The notes beneath the pieces were generated by a model. That model made no database searches and had not been told where the DNA came from. It was given only the letters and a program-made list of their open reading frames with translations. This document shows, piece by piece, positions 38,307-51,196 of a stretch of DNA of 64,000 bases (within the stretch, counting starts at the first letter, position 1; each line of letters opens with the position of its first letter). A program made the translations under genes and the position numbers. Source of the stretch: Azolla caroliniana. Lineage: Eukaryota > Plantae > Polypodiophyta. The stretch lies in contig JBHGNT010000008.1 of the NCBI GenBank assembly GCA_043228905.1, positions 20,274,001-20,338,000 on the forward strand. Direction: 5' to 3'.

Positions 38307-41300
38307 TAACGAGAAATAAGCGGAATAATCTCTGGCTACAATTGAAGTGTAGGTCACTTGATGACAATCAAACACAGAAGAAATGGGAATGGAGGTAAGT
38401 ACACAAAACAGAAAGAGAATACACAGGATGTTAATGTGGAAAACCCTAAGAGGGAAAAACCACGGGAGTCCACAGACTCCAAACTATCACTATGTCAAGT
38501 AATACAACAAGGAGCACAGAGGCAACGACCTCTTGCTCACGATCTTCGCCTAGCGGCGGTTACAACAGAGACACAATCTCTGTATATCACTCTCTCTCTC
38601 ACTCTTACGCGTTGTACAGAAGTTACACCAATAACTCTATCATCATATACATTGAGTTTTCCCTAGGTCATATTTATACTAATATGCCTTTCGGGCTATT
38701 TACAAATGTAGCCCCAATGGGTTCTCTGGAACATATTTACATATATGTCCCTTTCATCCGATGAGAGGTTCTCACCGGGCCTACAACATCCGGTTCTCAC
38801 TGGGTCTTCCTTGCCGGGTACTTGTCGTCCAGTCCCTTTCATCCGATGACAGGTTCTCACTGGGCCTGCAACATCCGGTTCTCACCGGGTCTTCCTTGCC
38901 AGGTACTCGTCATCCGGTTCTCACCGGGTCTTGCTTGTCGGGTAGTCGTCATCCAGTTCTCATCGGGTCTGCATCATCCGGTACTCACCGGATCTGCATC
39001 ATCCGGTACTCACCGGGTCTACATCATCCGATACTCACCGGGTCTACATCATCCGGTTCTCACCGGGTCTTCCTTGCCGGGTACCTTCGTATCCCATCCG
39101 GACCGACCGAGATCCTAACAAACTCCCCCTTCACTCCGGCATGGGATACCTTGTCAGTCCAATTCGCTTCCGGCATGCGTCTAGCTTGTCGGGCGTCAGT
39201 ACCTTGGTCAACATATCCGACCCGTTGTCGTGAAGAAACCCAGCCATAGGCGGAATCGGAGAGAAATCGCATAAACCGGCCCTTACACGGATGGACGCGG
39301 GACTTGGTATTTTGTACACAAATAGGTGGAGATAAACACTAAGCCGCACACATTTATTAGAAAGGGGGGATTGTGCGTATCCCTGTCAAAGGGACAGGGA
39401 ATAAAGGGGAGAGGACAAGAGAAAACAGATATCGCGTGTTGGGGAAGGAGGAGGGAGGCGCTGCTGCAGAAGGGAAGTCGAGCTCTCTCTCTACGCCGCC
39501 GATCGTCGTTCTCTGCAGGTCCGTCGCCGCCTGTGGGATTTCGCTGCCTCTACTTCGTGGACAGCCCGTGTGCTTCCAGCAGAGTCGCTCCCTCCCCCCC
39601 CTTTTTTCTGTTTCTTGGAGCCCTGTGACTATCGTCGGTGTGTGTGAGCAGGGTCCCCGTGTCAGGTCTGTCGCCGCCTCGTCGGTTGTAACCGTCCGGG
39701 TTTGTAGTCTCTTGGCATTGTAATTAAGTGTTACGATTCTATCTCTCTCTTTCTAGCTTTTTGTGTCGGTGAATCTCTCTCTCTCTCTCTCTCTCTCGCT
39801 CCTCGGTCCAAGACCCCCGTGGTCCCGCCCCTTTCACACGCACGCCCGCTTGCCGGGTACCTTCGTATCCCATCCAGAGGGACCGAGATCCTAACAAACT
39901 CCCCCTTCACTCTGGCATGGGATACCTCGTCAATCCAATTCGCTTCCGGCATGTGTCTAGCTTGTCGGGCGTCAGTACCTTGGTCAACATATCTGACCCG
40001 TTCTCCTCCATGTGGATCTTCGTCAGCGCGAACTCTCAGACTTCTACTCGCTCCCAAATCCAATGGTACCTCCGCTAGATGTGCTTCGTCCTGGAATGAT
40101 ACGCTGCATTCTTTGCAAGGTGCATGGCACTTTGACTGTCACAATAGAGCCGGTATTCCTCTTCCCGGATCCCTAGCTCTTCGATGAAGTCCTTCATCCA
40201 TAGTATTTCCTTACCGGCTTCCACAGCCGCCATGTACTCCGCTTTCGTGGTTGACAACGCAACCGTCTTCTGTAGCCTCGATTGCCACGAAACAGCTCCC
40301 CCCGCATATGTCATGACATATCCGGATGTTGACCGGCTGGTATCCGCATCAGCCGACATATCCAAATTGATGAAACCGTCAAGTTAGAGTCTACCGTCAA
40401 GTTGGGGTCTACCGGAGCCGAATCGAAGACACATACATGAGGTGCCTTTGAAGTATGGGAGTATCCATTTTACCGTAGTCTAGTGCTCCTTGCCGGGATT
40501 GCTCATAAACCGGCTCACCACTCCGACTGCATATCCGATATCTGGTCAGGTACACACCATTGCGTACATTAGGCTCTCGATGGCAGAGGCATATGGTATC
40601 TTCATCATATCCGCCTTCTCTGCCTTCGTCTTCATGCTTTGCTTACCGGATAACCTGCAGTTTGCCGGAAGTGTCAATCTGACCGGTTTCGCATCTGACA
40701 TGTTGAACCGTTGAAGCAGCTTTGTCATGTACTTCTCCTGTGACAGCCACAATTGCTTCGTTGGCCGGTCCCGGATGATATGCATCCCCGACATCTATCT
40801 TGCCAGACCCAAGTCTTTCATTGAGAAGGTCCGGTTCAGGGCCTCCTTCAGCATCCGTATCTTGACTTGGTCTCGTCTGACGATCAACATGTCGTCCATG
40901 TACAAGAGGAGTATCAGGAAGTCTCCACCTTCAAACTTCTTCACAAATACGTAGTGATCGGCCTACGTCTTGTGCTACCCTTGATCGTTCATGAAGGAGT
41001 CGAACTTCTGGTACCATTGCCGGGGGGGAGCCTGCTTCAACCGGTAGAGGTTCTTTTTTAACCGGCAAACCAGGTGCTCCTTCCCGTTCTTCACAAATCC
41101 CTCCGGTTGCTACATGTTGATCTCCTCTTCGAGGTCGTCGTGGAGGAACGCCGTCTTCACGTCTAATTGCTCTACCTCGAGGTCCATGCTTGCCACTATG
41201 CTCACCACTGTCCGGATAGAAGTCATCTTTACTACCGGGGCAAATATCTCGTCGAAGTCCACGCCCTTTTTCTACTGGAACCCCTTCACCACGATCCTGG

Positions 41301-44300
41301 CTTTGTACCTTGGAGGGTTGCCAACATCTCCCAGTTTCAACTTGTACACCCACTTGTTTTGGAGTGCCCTCTTTCCTTTCGGCAACTCCACCAATTCATA
41401 CGTGTGGTTTTCATGCAGGGAATCCATCTTGTCCTGCATGGCACTCAAACCACTTACGGCTATGGGGGTTATCCTTCGCTTCTTGGAAGCTTTTCGGCTC
41501 CCCCTCATCGGTCAGCAGCACATGCTCTGCATCCGGAAAACTCTGGGGGGGCCTTCTCTCTCTAAGAGGATATCTCCGTCTTTGGCTTTCGGCAACCGGA
41601 TCCTCTATTTGTTCTTCATCCGAATCCAATTCGGGGTCTTCGCCGGTTCTGGTTTCAGCTTCCTCTACTTCTTCTTCTACCGGTTCGGTATCCTCACCGT
41701 AATCGGCTAGTTCCTCGAGTGTCAACCGGCTCTTAGCCGAGTCCGAATCTCATCGGAGTTCATTATCTTCTTCTCCGACTCCCAGTCGGCAAGAGTCTTG
41801 TCTTCCATGAAGATAATATCTCGGCTCCGGAAAACCTTCTTGTCAACTAGATCCCACACTCGGTAACCGAACTCATCATCGCCGTATCCGAGGAATATGC
41901 ATGGCCTAGTCTTTGGATCCAAGTTTCCTCTCCAATCCTTAGCAACATGAACGTACGCGAGACACCCGAACACCTTCAGATGCCGGTAGGACACTTCCTT
42001 ACCTGTCCACACCTTTTGCGACGTGTCTCCATCCTAGGGCACTGAGGGTGATCTGTTTATCACATACGTCACAGTCGACAACGCCTCAACCCAAAAAGTC
42101 TTGGGTAGATTAGCATGTGCTAGCATACTCCAGACCCTCTCCATTATGTTCTGGTTCATCCTCTCGGCCAACCCGTTTAGTTTTGGCGTCTTCGGCACGG
42201 TAAATTTGAGCCGGATTCCCTTCGAGCGGTAGTACTCCTCGAATTGCCCCCGGTATTCTCCTCTGTTATCTGCTCGAACCGCCTTCAGCTTCCATCTGGT
42301 TTCTCTTTCCACTCTTGCGTGGAGCTCCTTGAAGACGGATAACACCTGATCCTTCGTCTTCAACGATGTGGCCCACAGCCTCCTCTTGCGGTCATCTATG
42401 AACGTCATGAAGTACTGCGTTCCGGCAAGGGACTTCGTGTCAATTTGACACACATTGGTATGCACCAACTCCAATGGTGCATTACGTCTCATCGGTGGCC
42501 TTGATCGGAAGGACGTCCGGTTTTGCTTACTGACTAGGCAGTCGGTGCACCTCTCAAGATGCACGTTCTTCACCGGAATGAGGTCGTCATCGGCAAGCCT
42601 CTTCATCCCCTTCACGCTCATGTGACACAATCTCTTGTGCCACATCTCACCGGTAGTGTCGGATGCCACGTTCACTTCTTCCGGGCATAACCGGGTATTC
42701 ATCAGGTACAACGTGTTGACCTTCTGGGCCCGAGCCACTATCAGGCTCCCTTTGCTAAATTTCATGACTCTGTTCCAGATGCTACCCATGTAGCTTTCAT
42801 CATCTAGCCGACCGGCTAATATCATGTTCAGTCGAACCTCCGAAACGTGTCGGACAGCCTTCAACAGCAGCTTGCATCGGGTTGGTGGTGTCAACTACAT
42901 GTCTCCTATGCCGACAATTCGGCATGTACCTTCATTCCCCATCCGAACACAGCCGTGATCACCGGTTGAGTAGCATGAGAAGCATTTCCAGTCCAGGGTA
43001 AGGTGGAACGATGCTCCGAAATCGACAACCCACGTTGTCTCGTCGCTGGCAAGGTTCAACTCACTCTCCTCGATGATGAGCATCAACTCTTCTTCACTTG
43101 CCGCGATTGCCTTCGTTCCCTTCCAGTCCGGTTCCCTCCGGTCTTTACCGTTCCGGTCCGGTGTCCGCTTCGAATTGGTACCGTCGGTTTCCTTGTCTTT
43201 TCGAAAGTGCCGACAGTTCTTCTGGAAGTGTCCCGGCTTGCCGCAATAAAAGCAAGTAGGCCTCCCCCTTGACTTTGACTGTGTTCCCGACTTTTCCCGG
43301 TTCTGGGGATTACGGTTCCTTTGTCTTCCACGTTCCGATTCGGTAAGGAGCGCTTTGGAGTCGGAGCTCGTATCCTTGTCTTTCTGATGCACCTCCTCAT
43401 CTAGCAAGCTCAACTTCACTCTTGCTAGGGATAACCGTTTCCCTTCGGGGCCTGGCGTTGCCCAAAGTGACAACCAACGTCTCCTAGCTAAATGGGAGGG
43501 AACTGAGCAGGAGTAATGCTAGTACCTCATCGGCGAGAGGTACTTCCAATGATGTTGCCTAGTGGATCAGCCCCTGGAAGGCATTCATGTGCTCCGCCAT
43601 GCTCGAGTCATCTTGGTACCGGAGTCTTACTAGCTTCCAAAATACCAAAACCTGATTAACAACATTTTTGTTCTGAAACATAATGCCGATCTTCTCCTAG
43701 AGCTCATGAGCCTTGCTCTCTTCATTGAAGTTGTTGTATAGGCTCATGTCGATGAAGCACCATATGTACGTCGTTGTCTTCATGTGCATCAACTCCCATA
43801 CCATGGCATCGATCTTGTCCAGTCTCTTGTCCCCGAACTGAACCGGCAACCAAAGATCTTTAACCACGAGCATGTCCCTCATCTTCGACTTCCACACTGT
43901 GTAGTTGGAGCCGGTGAGCTTGAACATGCCTCCCAACGAAAAGTCCATTTTTCTGTGTCGTTTCGCTCTGATACTAGGTTGACGAGAAATAAGTGGAATA
44001 ATCTCTGGCTACAACCAAAGCGTAGGTCACTTGATGACAATCAGACACAGAAGAAATGGGAATGGAGGTAAGTACACAAAGTAGAAAGACAATACACAGG
44101 ATGTTAACGTGGAAAACCCTAAGAGGGAAAAACCACGGGAGTCCACAGACTCCAAACTATCACTATGTCAAGTAATACAACAGGGAGCATAGAGGCAACG
44201 AACTCTTGCTCACGATCTTCGCCTAGCGGCGGTTACAACAGAGACACAATCTCTTTATATACCTCTCTCTCTCACTCTTATGTGTTGTACAGAAGTTACA

Positions 44301-44530
44301 CCAATAACTCTATCATCATATACATTGAGTTTGCCCTAGGTCATATTTATACTAATATGCCTTTCGGGCTATTTACAAATATAGCCCCAGTGGGCTCTCT
44401 GGAACATATTTACATATATGTCCCTTTCATCCGATGAGAGGTTCTCACCGGGCCTGCAACATCCAGTTCTCACCGGGTCTTCCTTGTGGGCTACTCGTCA
44501 TCCGGTTCTCACCGGGTCTGCATTATCTAG
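38307..44530 (-). mobile_element. Ty1/copia element H (E family), decayed; 5' LTR truncated
   Basis: 3' LTR at 38307-39120. PPT at 39121-39133. pol at 40075-43473. gag from 43948. PBS at 43965-43976. 5' LTR at 43980 to about 44530. Confidence 0.85.
39226..39849 (+). mobile_element. Solo/partial LTR related to the LTRs of element K
   Basis: Starts TGTCGTGAAGAA (reverse complement of the K LTR end). Ends GTCCAAGACCCCCGTGGTCCCGCC..CACGCACGC like the other K LTR end, but lacks the last ~16 bp. Confidence 0.7.
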
Positions 44531-45899
44531 TTTTGGGTCAAATCTGGTATGTGTCTTAATTGCATTTCTAAATAATAACTTCTCGGATTAAAATCGGGTC
44601 TTTATGGCTAACCAATCGTTCTGAGTACGAATTAGATTGCCGAGCAATCCCTCTCTCACCCTGACCTCTGCCACGTACCACAGTCCCCTAATCCAATTAC
44701 CATAGGAGTAATTCAAGGTGTTGCCTCCATGAAGGAGACAACATAATTTGGCACACCCGGTTCACGTGGTGGATCACAGCGAACAAATGTCGATGGAGAC
44801 CCCCAATCGCCATTACGACGCCTATTCGATGCATGCTACTTAAGGATGGAGATGCACACTAGAAAGGATGGAGATGCACGCTCAAGTTGAAAATAGAAAA
44901 TCAACATTTTCACTAACATGAATATTTGAGGATAATAAACCAATGAAGATGTTACTCAATTAAGTCAATGAGCAAGTGGCCATGAGAGATGAGGGAAGAG
45001 TTATATAGCATGATGAAATAGAAGGTGGGAATTTTCTATTCCACGGAAAGTTTGGCTAGTTTGGCTCCACTACAGAAATTAGGAATTGCCCAAATGTCAA
45101 CTCAATATTAACAAATACTCACATTATCGATGAACATAGGGATGTAGTTAGTCACCACACACTACGTTGACCGGACTTGATCAACATTTTTCTTCATGAG
45201 ACATGCCATGCTCGAGCAAAAAGGTTGTCACGTTCTCAAACTAATGCGAAACTACTTGATGTGACCAAGAAAAATGTGGAAATCTCTTGTGCCCACCATA
45301 AGATGCGTTAGAGTTTTGGCAACTCTACATGCACGCCAAAAGACGTAATAGGCTCCCACGAGCCGATTATTTGACCGAGTAAGAACCAACAGTCGAAGAT
45401 AAGGAGAAGCCGACTGGTCGGGATCTTCAAAGAGCCAACAATCAAAGACATCGAGAGTCGACTGAGAGAGAGTCAACAATACATGATCCAAGTCGACAAC
45501 AAGGCCGACTAGATAGTCGCCTAATCGATTTATCAACTACTACTATTGTTACTAATAATAATAGTAATCATATCTGTAAATAGCCCATATTGTGTATGAA
45601 TATAAATACACCTAGGGAAAACCTAGAAAGTGTGTAATCTGAGCTGAAAGAGTAGAACATAACCAAGTGTTGTGTCTGTTTTTGAGCTTCTGTATAGTGA
45701 GCGTGAGGGAGAGCGGCGCCATAGCCGAGTGACAATAGACGCCAAGAGCGTTGTGTGGATGATACACTCTATACAAAGAGTGTTGTAATATGTTCTCCCT
45801 TCTTTATCTTTGATATAATGAGTCTATGTTGCTCGTGGTTTTCCCCGTTTAGGCCAGAGCCAGATCGATATCGGTATCGGAGAGCCAGATCGGTGAGCC

Positions 45900-48757
45900 A
45901 GATTCAAATGTGAATTGTAAGGCTAATAGTAGCCTATACTCCTAGACTACTAGGTACTCAGAGTCCACGTAGTTAGTGTCAGCCAGTTATGTGAGCATTG
46001 AAGTACATACTACTTCTATTAGTCCTTTTGAGGACTTGTATAAATAGTGTTCTTTAGCATGTTGTATATATAGAGTGATGAGAGTGTTATTTTTTAATAG
46101 AGTTTATGTTCTGTTCTCTCTATCTCTTTGTCTCTCCTGTGTATGCTAAATACTCTCAAGCTTCCATTGAACCTGTGTTTTTATTCTCTGCTGCTACCCG
46201 GATAAACCGGTTTTGTCAAGTTTCCGCACGCTAAATTCTACATGGCATCAGAGCGGGAGGGTTGAGACTCCTCTACAACCGACAAACGCTTTCGAAGACA
46301 AACCCTAACATCCAGTGAAGAACAATAGAGAACCGAAATGGACAGACGTATGGCATCTGACTTCCCACAGAAAAGCTTGACCGGAGCAACTAGGCATCCT
46401 GGTCATATAAAATGCACCAGTACCTGCTAGGGCATGGATATTGGAGCTATGTGGAAGGAACTAACGAGGTATCATCGGAGCCAGCATACAAAGACTTCCC
46501 GACATAGGAGCAAGGAGTGAGCCGTGTATTGTACTGCCTCGCGTCCGGTGTGCACGATCAGATGCTCAACTAGATCAAGGATGCAAAAACGCTAAAGGAG
46601 GCCTGGGAAAATCTACGGAAGATTTTCGCCGCAAGTACCACAACCCGTAAGTTGCAGCTCCGGCAAGAGCTGAACAACATCCGGTAGAGAGATATGTCTG
46701 TTATGGACTACACCACCAAGATTAAGGAGATCTGTGATGCACTCAGATCCATCAACGTAATGGTGGAAGAAGACGAGATGGTCCAGATCTGTCTTGGTGG
46801 TCTAGCACAACGGTACGGGCCAATCCAGATGGCAATTTGCACCCAGGAGAAGCTAGCTTGATGGTCGAAGAAAACCAGGCGAGTGGGTAGAGGACCACTC
46901 AATCGGACGACCAGATGTTATACATGGAGGCGGATCGGCCCCATGCGTGTGGAGGACGAGGTGGGTCGGCACGCAATGGAGGCAGCCGGCAAGAGCAAAA
47001 CCGAAGCCGCAAAGACGGTGCCGATAGCAGTTTCGGCCCTCCACAAGCAGGGGAGTCAAGTTGGAGATGGAAACCAACAGTTGAAAACCGACACAGAATG
47101 TTGGTACTATGGCAGGAAAGGCCAGAAAGAGAGCGAGTGCTGGAAGTAGAGTGCCAATTCGGATAAATCCGGATCCGGCAAGGCCAGACAAGGGAACTGG
47201 CAAAGCTTGCACAACGCAGAAGGATTGGAAGGATTCGGAACCGAGAAGACCGGAAAAGGTTAACTCGGTGAAGAAGACCACTTCTGGATCGAAGGAAGTG
47301 TGGTACGCTGACTCCGGCGCACCAACCACATGACGAGCCATGGAGAGTGGTTCTCGTTTTTGGAGAAAACGGACCAACAAGGAGTTGTCGAAACTGGAGA
47401 CGTCACTCCTCACCTGATTGTGCATGTCGGAGAAGTCCTTTTAAGCCATGTCGGACGAAAGGGAAAGCTGATGAAAGTACTACATGTTGCGATTATCACA
47501 AAGAACCTGGTGTCAGTCAGCCAGATTGTCGACCAGGGGATGCATGTGCCGTTCATGCACTTCGGGTGTTTCATTGAGGAAGAGGGCTAGATTATTGCGC
47601 AAGGGCGTAGGAACAGGAGGATGTTCATCCTCAACATCAACAACGTCAGCACCGCTATGTTCGCAAAGGGTCAGAAGATCGAGTTTGATATCAATCTATG
47701 GCACAAGCAAATCGACCACGTCAATTACCCGAGGCTTCAAGACCTGCAATCGAAACAAGTTGTTTTCATATTGTTGAAATTTAGTGGCTGAAAGGTCCAA
47801 ATTTGTGAAGCCTGCCAGTTTTGGAAGCAACACTGGCTTCCATTCCCCACCGAAAGAAATTGGGGCTGTAACAAGCTCAATCTAATACATTCGGATGTAT
47901 GGGGACCGGCACAGAATGTTAGTCTTGGCGGGAGTCGATGTTTCGTCTCCTTCATCGACGACTACAACTGGCACACATGGATCTACCGAATCGAAAGGGA
48001 AAGCGAAGTTTTCGACTGTTTCCGGAACTTGCAAAGTCTAGTCGAATGGGAAACAGAAAGGTAGATCAACTGCCTGCGTTTGGATGGTGGAAAAGAATAT
48101 TTTTTCAGCCAACTCAACAGTTATCTGCAACAAATGGGAATTCGGAGAGAATTTAGTTGTAGATACACACCAGAACGAAACAGTGTGGCTGAAAGGAAGA
48201 ACCGGTCGATTGTCGACGCAGCAAGGGCAATGTTGGAGGAGAAGAGCATGCCCAAGTTCTACTGGGCTGAAGAGGTCCGGACAACCGTCTACATCCAAAA
48301 TTGAATTGGGGATAAGGTGTCAGCACATGAGCTGTATTTTGGGGGGAAGCCGAACTTGAAGCACCTTAGGATATTCAGTGTCATGAACATCAACTCAAAT
48401 GTGAACCTTAGGCCCTTGTATATATATTTCTCCTAGACAAACTTTAGACTTCAAACCTTTGTATAAAGAGCGGTATGTAAGACCTAGTATGTAAGACTCT
48501 GTATGTAAGACTCAGTATGTAAGACTTGGCATGCAAGAATTAGTATGCTTGATATTATAGTATGGAAGACTTGGCATGAGCATGCTTATCATGCATCACT
48601 ACATGTATAAAAAGGGTTGATCTCCCTTGTTAACATCAACTTCTTGATCTCCCTATCTCATCAACTTCCCCATCTCTTTACCCCCAATTGTTCATCCGTG
48701 ACATTCGGTAGCATAGCCTATGTGCATGTACCGGATGAGAAACGAAGGAGGCTGGAC
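45900..48757 (+). mobile_element. Ty1/copia element J (D/B-related), from 5' LTR to INT, truncated; left edge approximate
   Basis: LTR ends ..TTCTACA at 46242. PBS TGGCATCAGAGC at 46243-46254. Decayed gag, protease (WYADSGA) and INT (DGGKEY..AERKNR). Confidence 0.75.
48379..48703. mobile_element. Solo LTR (325 bp) inserted in J
   Basis: TGTCA..TGACA termini. TSD TTCAG/TTCGG. Internal 14-bp AGTATGTAAGACTC repeats. J sequence is contiguous across it. Confidence 0.8.
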
Positions 48758-51196
48758 CGATGCTATTCTGATGACTTTCGATAAGTTGGGCTCATTGGCA
48801 CGTTGCTGAGGGCAAGCACAAGCTTCGTTTGCCCCTCTAGTGGAGACCTCTTCACCTCTCTTGAATGACTTCGAAGCATTTCTTACCGAATTTGAGGCAA
48901 TTTTTGGGGAGACCGACAAACGACGTGCCGCACTAAACAAACTATATGCATTACAACAAGGCGACCGTGCAACATCAATCTATGCATCCGAATTTTGTCA
49001 GCTCGCGTGCGATGTCGAGTGGGACGGACAAGCCCTCCTCGATCAATTCCGCCGAGGATTACGAGGTGAGATAAAAAATCTTTTACTTAATTTTCCCAAG
49101 GCTACATCTTTGAATGAGGCTATTTCCCAAGCTGTGCGCTGCGATAACTGTCTCTTTGAGTTCCGGCAAGAGTAATGTCCTCACCGGATCCATCCACCTT
49201 AGCCAGCCGCTACGCGAAGTCACCTACCATGGTTGATGATGCCGCCTCCCATGTCATCCTCTACTTCATCTTCAACTCCCGCCACAGATTCTAGCTCCCC
49301 AATGGAGATCGATCGAATTCGCTATTGACCATGTCCAGTTGCAGTAGGGACTGCGCATCACAAATACAACAATTCCCTTGGGTCTCCACATAGGAACCCA
49401 CTAGGAAGAAATCACTTTTAACCTCATCACATCACCTCGACATCCTATCATCTTGGGGTTATCATGGCTCCAAACTCACAATCCAGTCGTGGATTGGTGA
49501 TCTCGCTCCATCAATTTCACCTCGAATTTTCACTCACAAGGTATTACGTCCACCCTTCTTCGAGCCAATGCTCTGCCATTTGTTTGGCCGCCTACTCCAG
49601 TGAGGACTGTCTCAATGGTTGCTCCGACTCATGTTTTGGGGACAACTCCCGTTTCTGCTCCAGTGAGAACCACATCAATGGTTGCACCATTTCCAATTTC
49701 TGCTCTAGTGAAGACCGCGTCAATAGTCGCTCCCACCCATTGTTTCAAGGGCAACTCCCATTTCTGCTCCAGTGAGGACCAGGTTATCGGTCGCTCCCAT
49801 GTCCTCTTCAGCGAGAACCATGTCAGCGGTTGCTCCAATAGAAACAACATCAATAGTTAGTCCCGTGTCGGCCTCGGAAACAGTTCCAACTCTTGCAAGG
49901 GTAAGCGATACAATGTTGATTGCATCCATTTCTAATTCTAAGGACATGGCGGTCATGTCCACTCTAGATACTACCCTATGTACTAGCTCTTTTCCATCAA
50001 AATACAATGATTTCTCTGATGTATTTGAGAAGAAAAATGTTGATCGCCTACCTGAACATCGCCCATACGATTGTCCAATTGCCTTGAAAGATGGTGCTTG
50101 TCTTCCATTTGGCCCTATGTATGGGTTATCTGAACCTGAACTCAAGACCCTCAAAATATACATTGAAGAGAATCTCGCAAAGGGGTTCATTCGCCACACA
50201 AAATCTCCAGCTGGCTCTCCTATTCTATTTGTCAAAAAGAAAGATGGAACGTTGCGCCTATGTATCGACTATCGCGGGTTCAATCGAATCGCAGTTCAAA
50301 ACCGCTATCCACTACCTCTAATCCCCGAACTCCTCGACCGACTTCGGGCTGGGCGTATATTCTCCAAAATCGATCTCAGAGGCGCCTACAACTTGGTGCA
50401 TATCAAGCCTGGAGATGAGTGGAAAATGGCATTTCGAACCAGGTATGGGCATTTTGAATACATGGTAATGCCATTTGGTCTCACAAATGCTCCTGCCGTT
50501 TTCCAGCATATGATGAATGACATCTTCTGAGAATATCTAGACCAATTTTTCGTCATCTATCTCGACGACATACTTATCTTCTCACAGGCCTACATAGAGC
50601 ACACCAAGCACGTTCGACTTATCTTGACCAAACTTTGGGAACATGAACTTTATGCGAAACCCGAAAAGTGTGAGTTTGATCGCACCTTAGTTGAATTCCT
50701 CGGGTATGTCATTTCATCTGATGGTATCACTATGGACGAGAAGAAAGTTGAAATGGTTCAATAGTGGGAAGTCCCCACCAGGGTCAAGGATGTGCAATCA
50801 TTTTTGGGTTTTTCCAACTTCTATCGTCGATTCATTCAAGGATTCTCTACATTGGAGCAACCACTTATAGCACTCACTCGGAAGGATTCCCCTTTTTGCT
50901 GGACTGCCACAACCCAACTAGCATTCGAGACACTAAAAAAAGCTTTTACCTCGGCTTCGGTACTTCTACACCCAAATCTAACCAAACCATTTGAAATCGA
51001 AACTGATGCCTCTGACTTCACCATCGGTGCGATTCTCTCACAATCAGATAACAATGGGATTCTTCATCCTGTTGCCTTTTATTCTCGGAAGTTCACACCT
51101 CCCGAGATCAACTACCCAGTTTATGACAAAGAACTCTCTGCCATTATTGCGGCCTTTGAAGAATGGTGTCCTTACTTAACAGGCGCCCAACACCAT

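Noticed and set aside
44531-45899. Additional LTR, PBS and gag fragments (PBS-like TGGCACACCCGG near 44749; LTR-like 45500-45850)
   Set aside because: Probably retroelement debris, but boundaries and family cannot be supported by eye.
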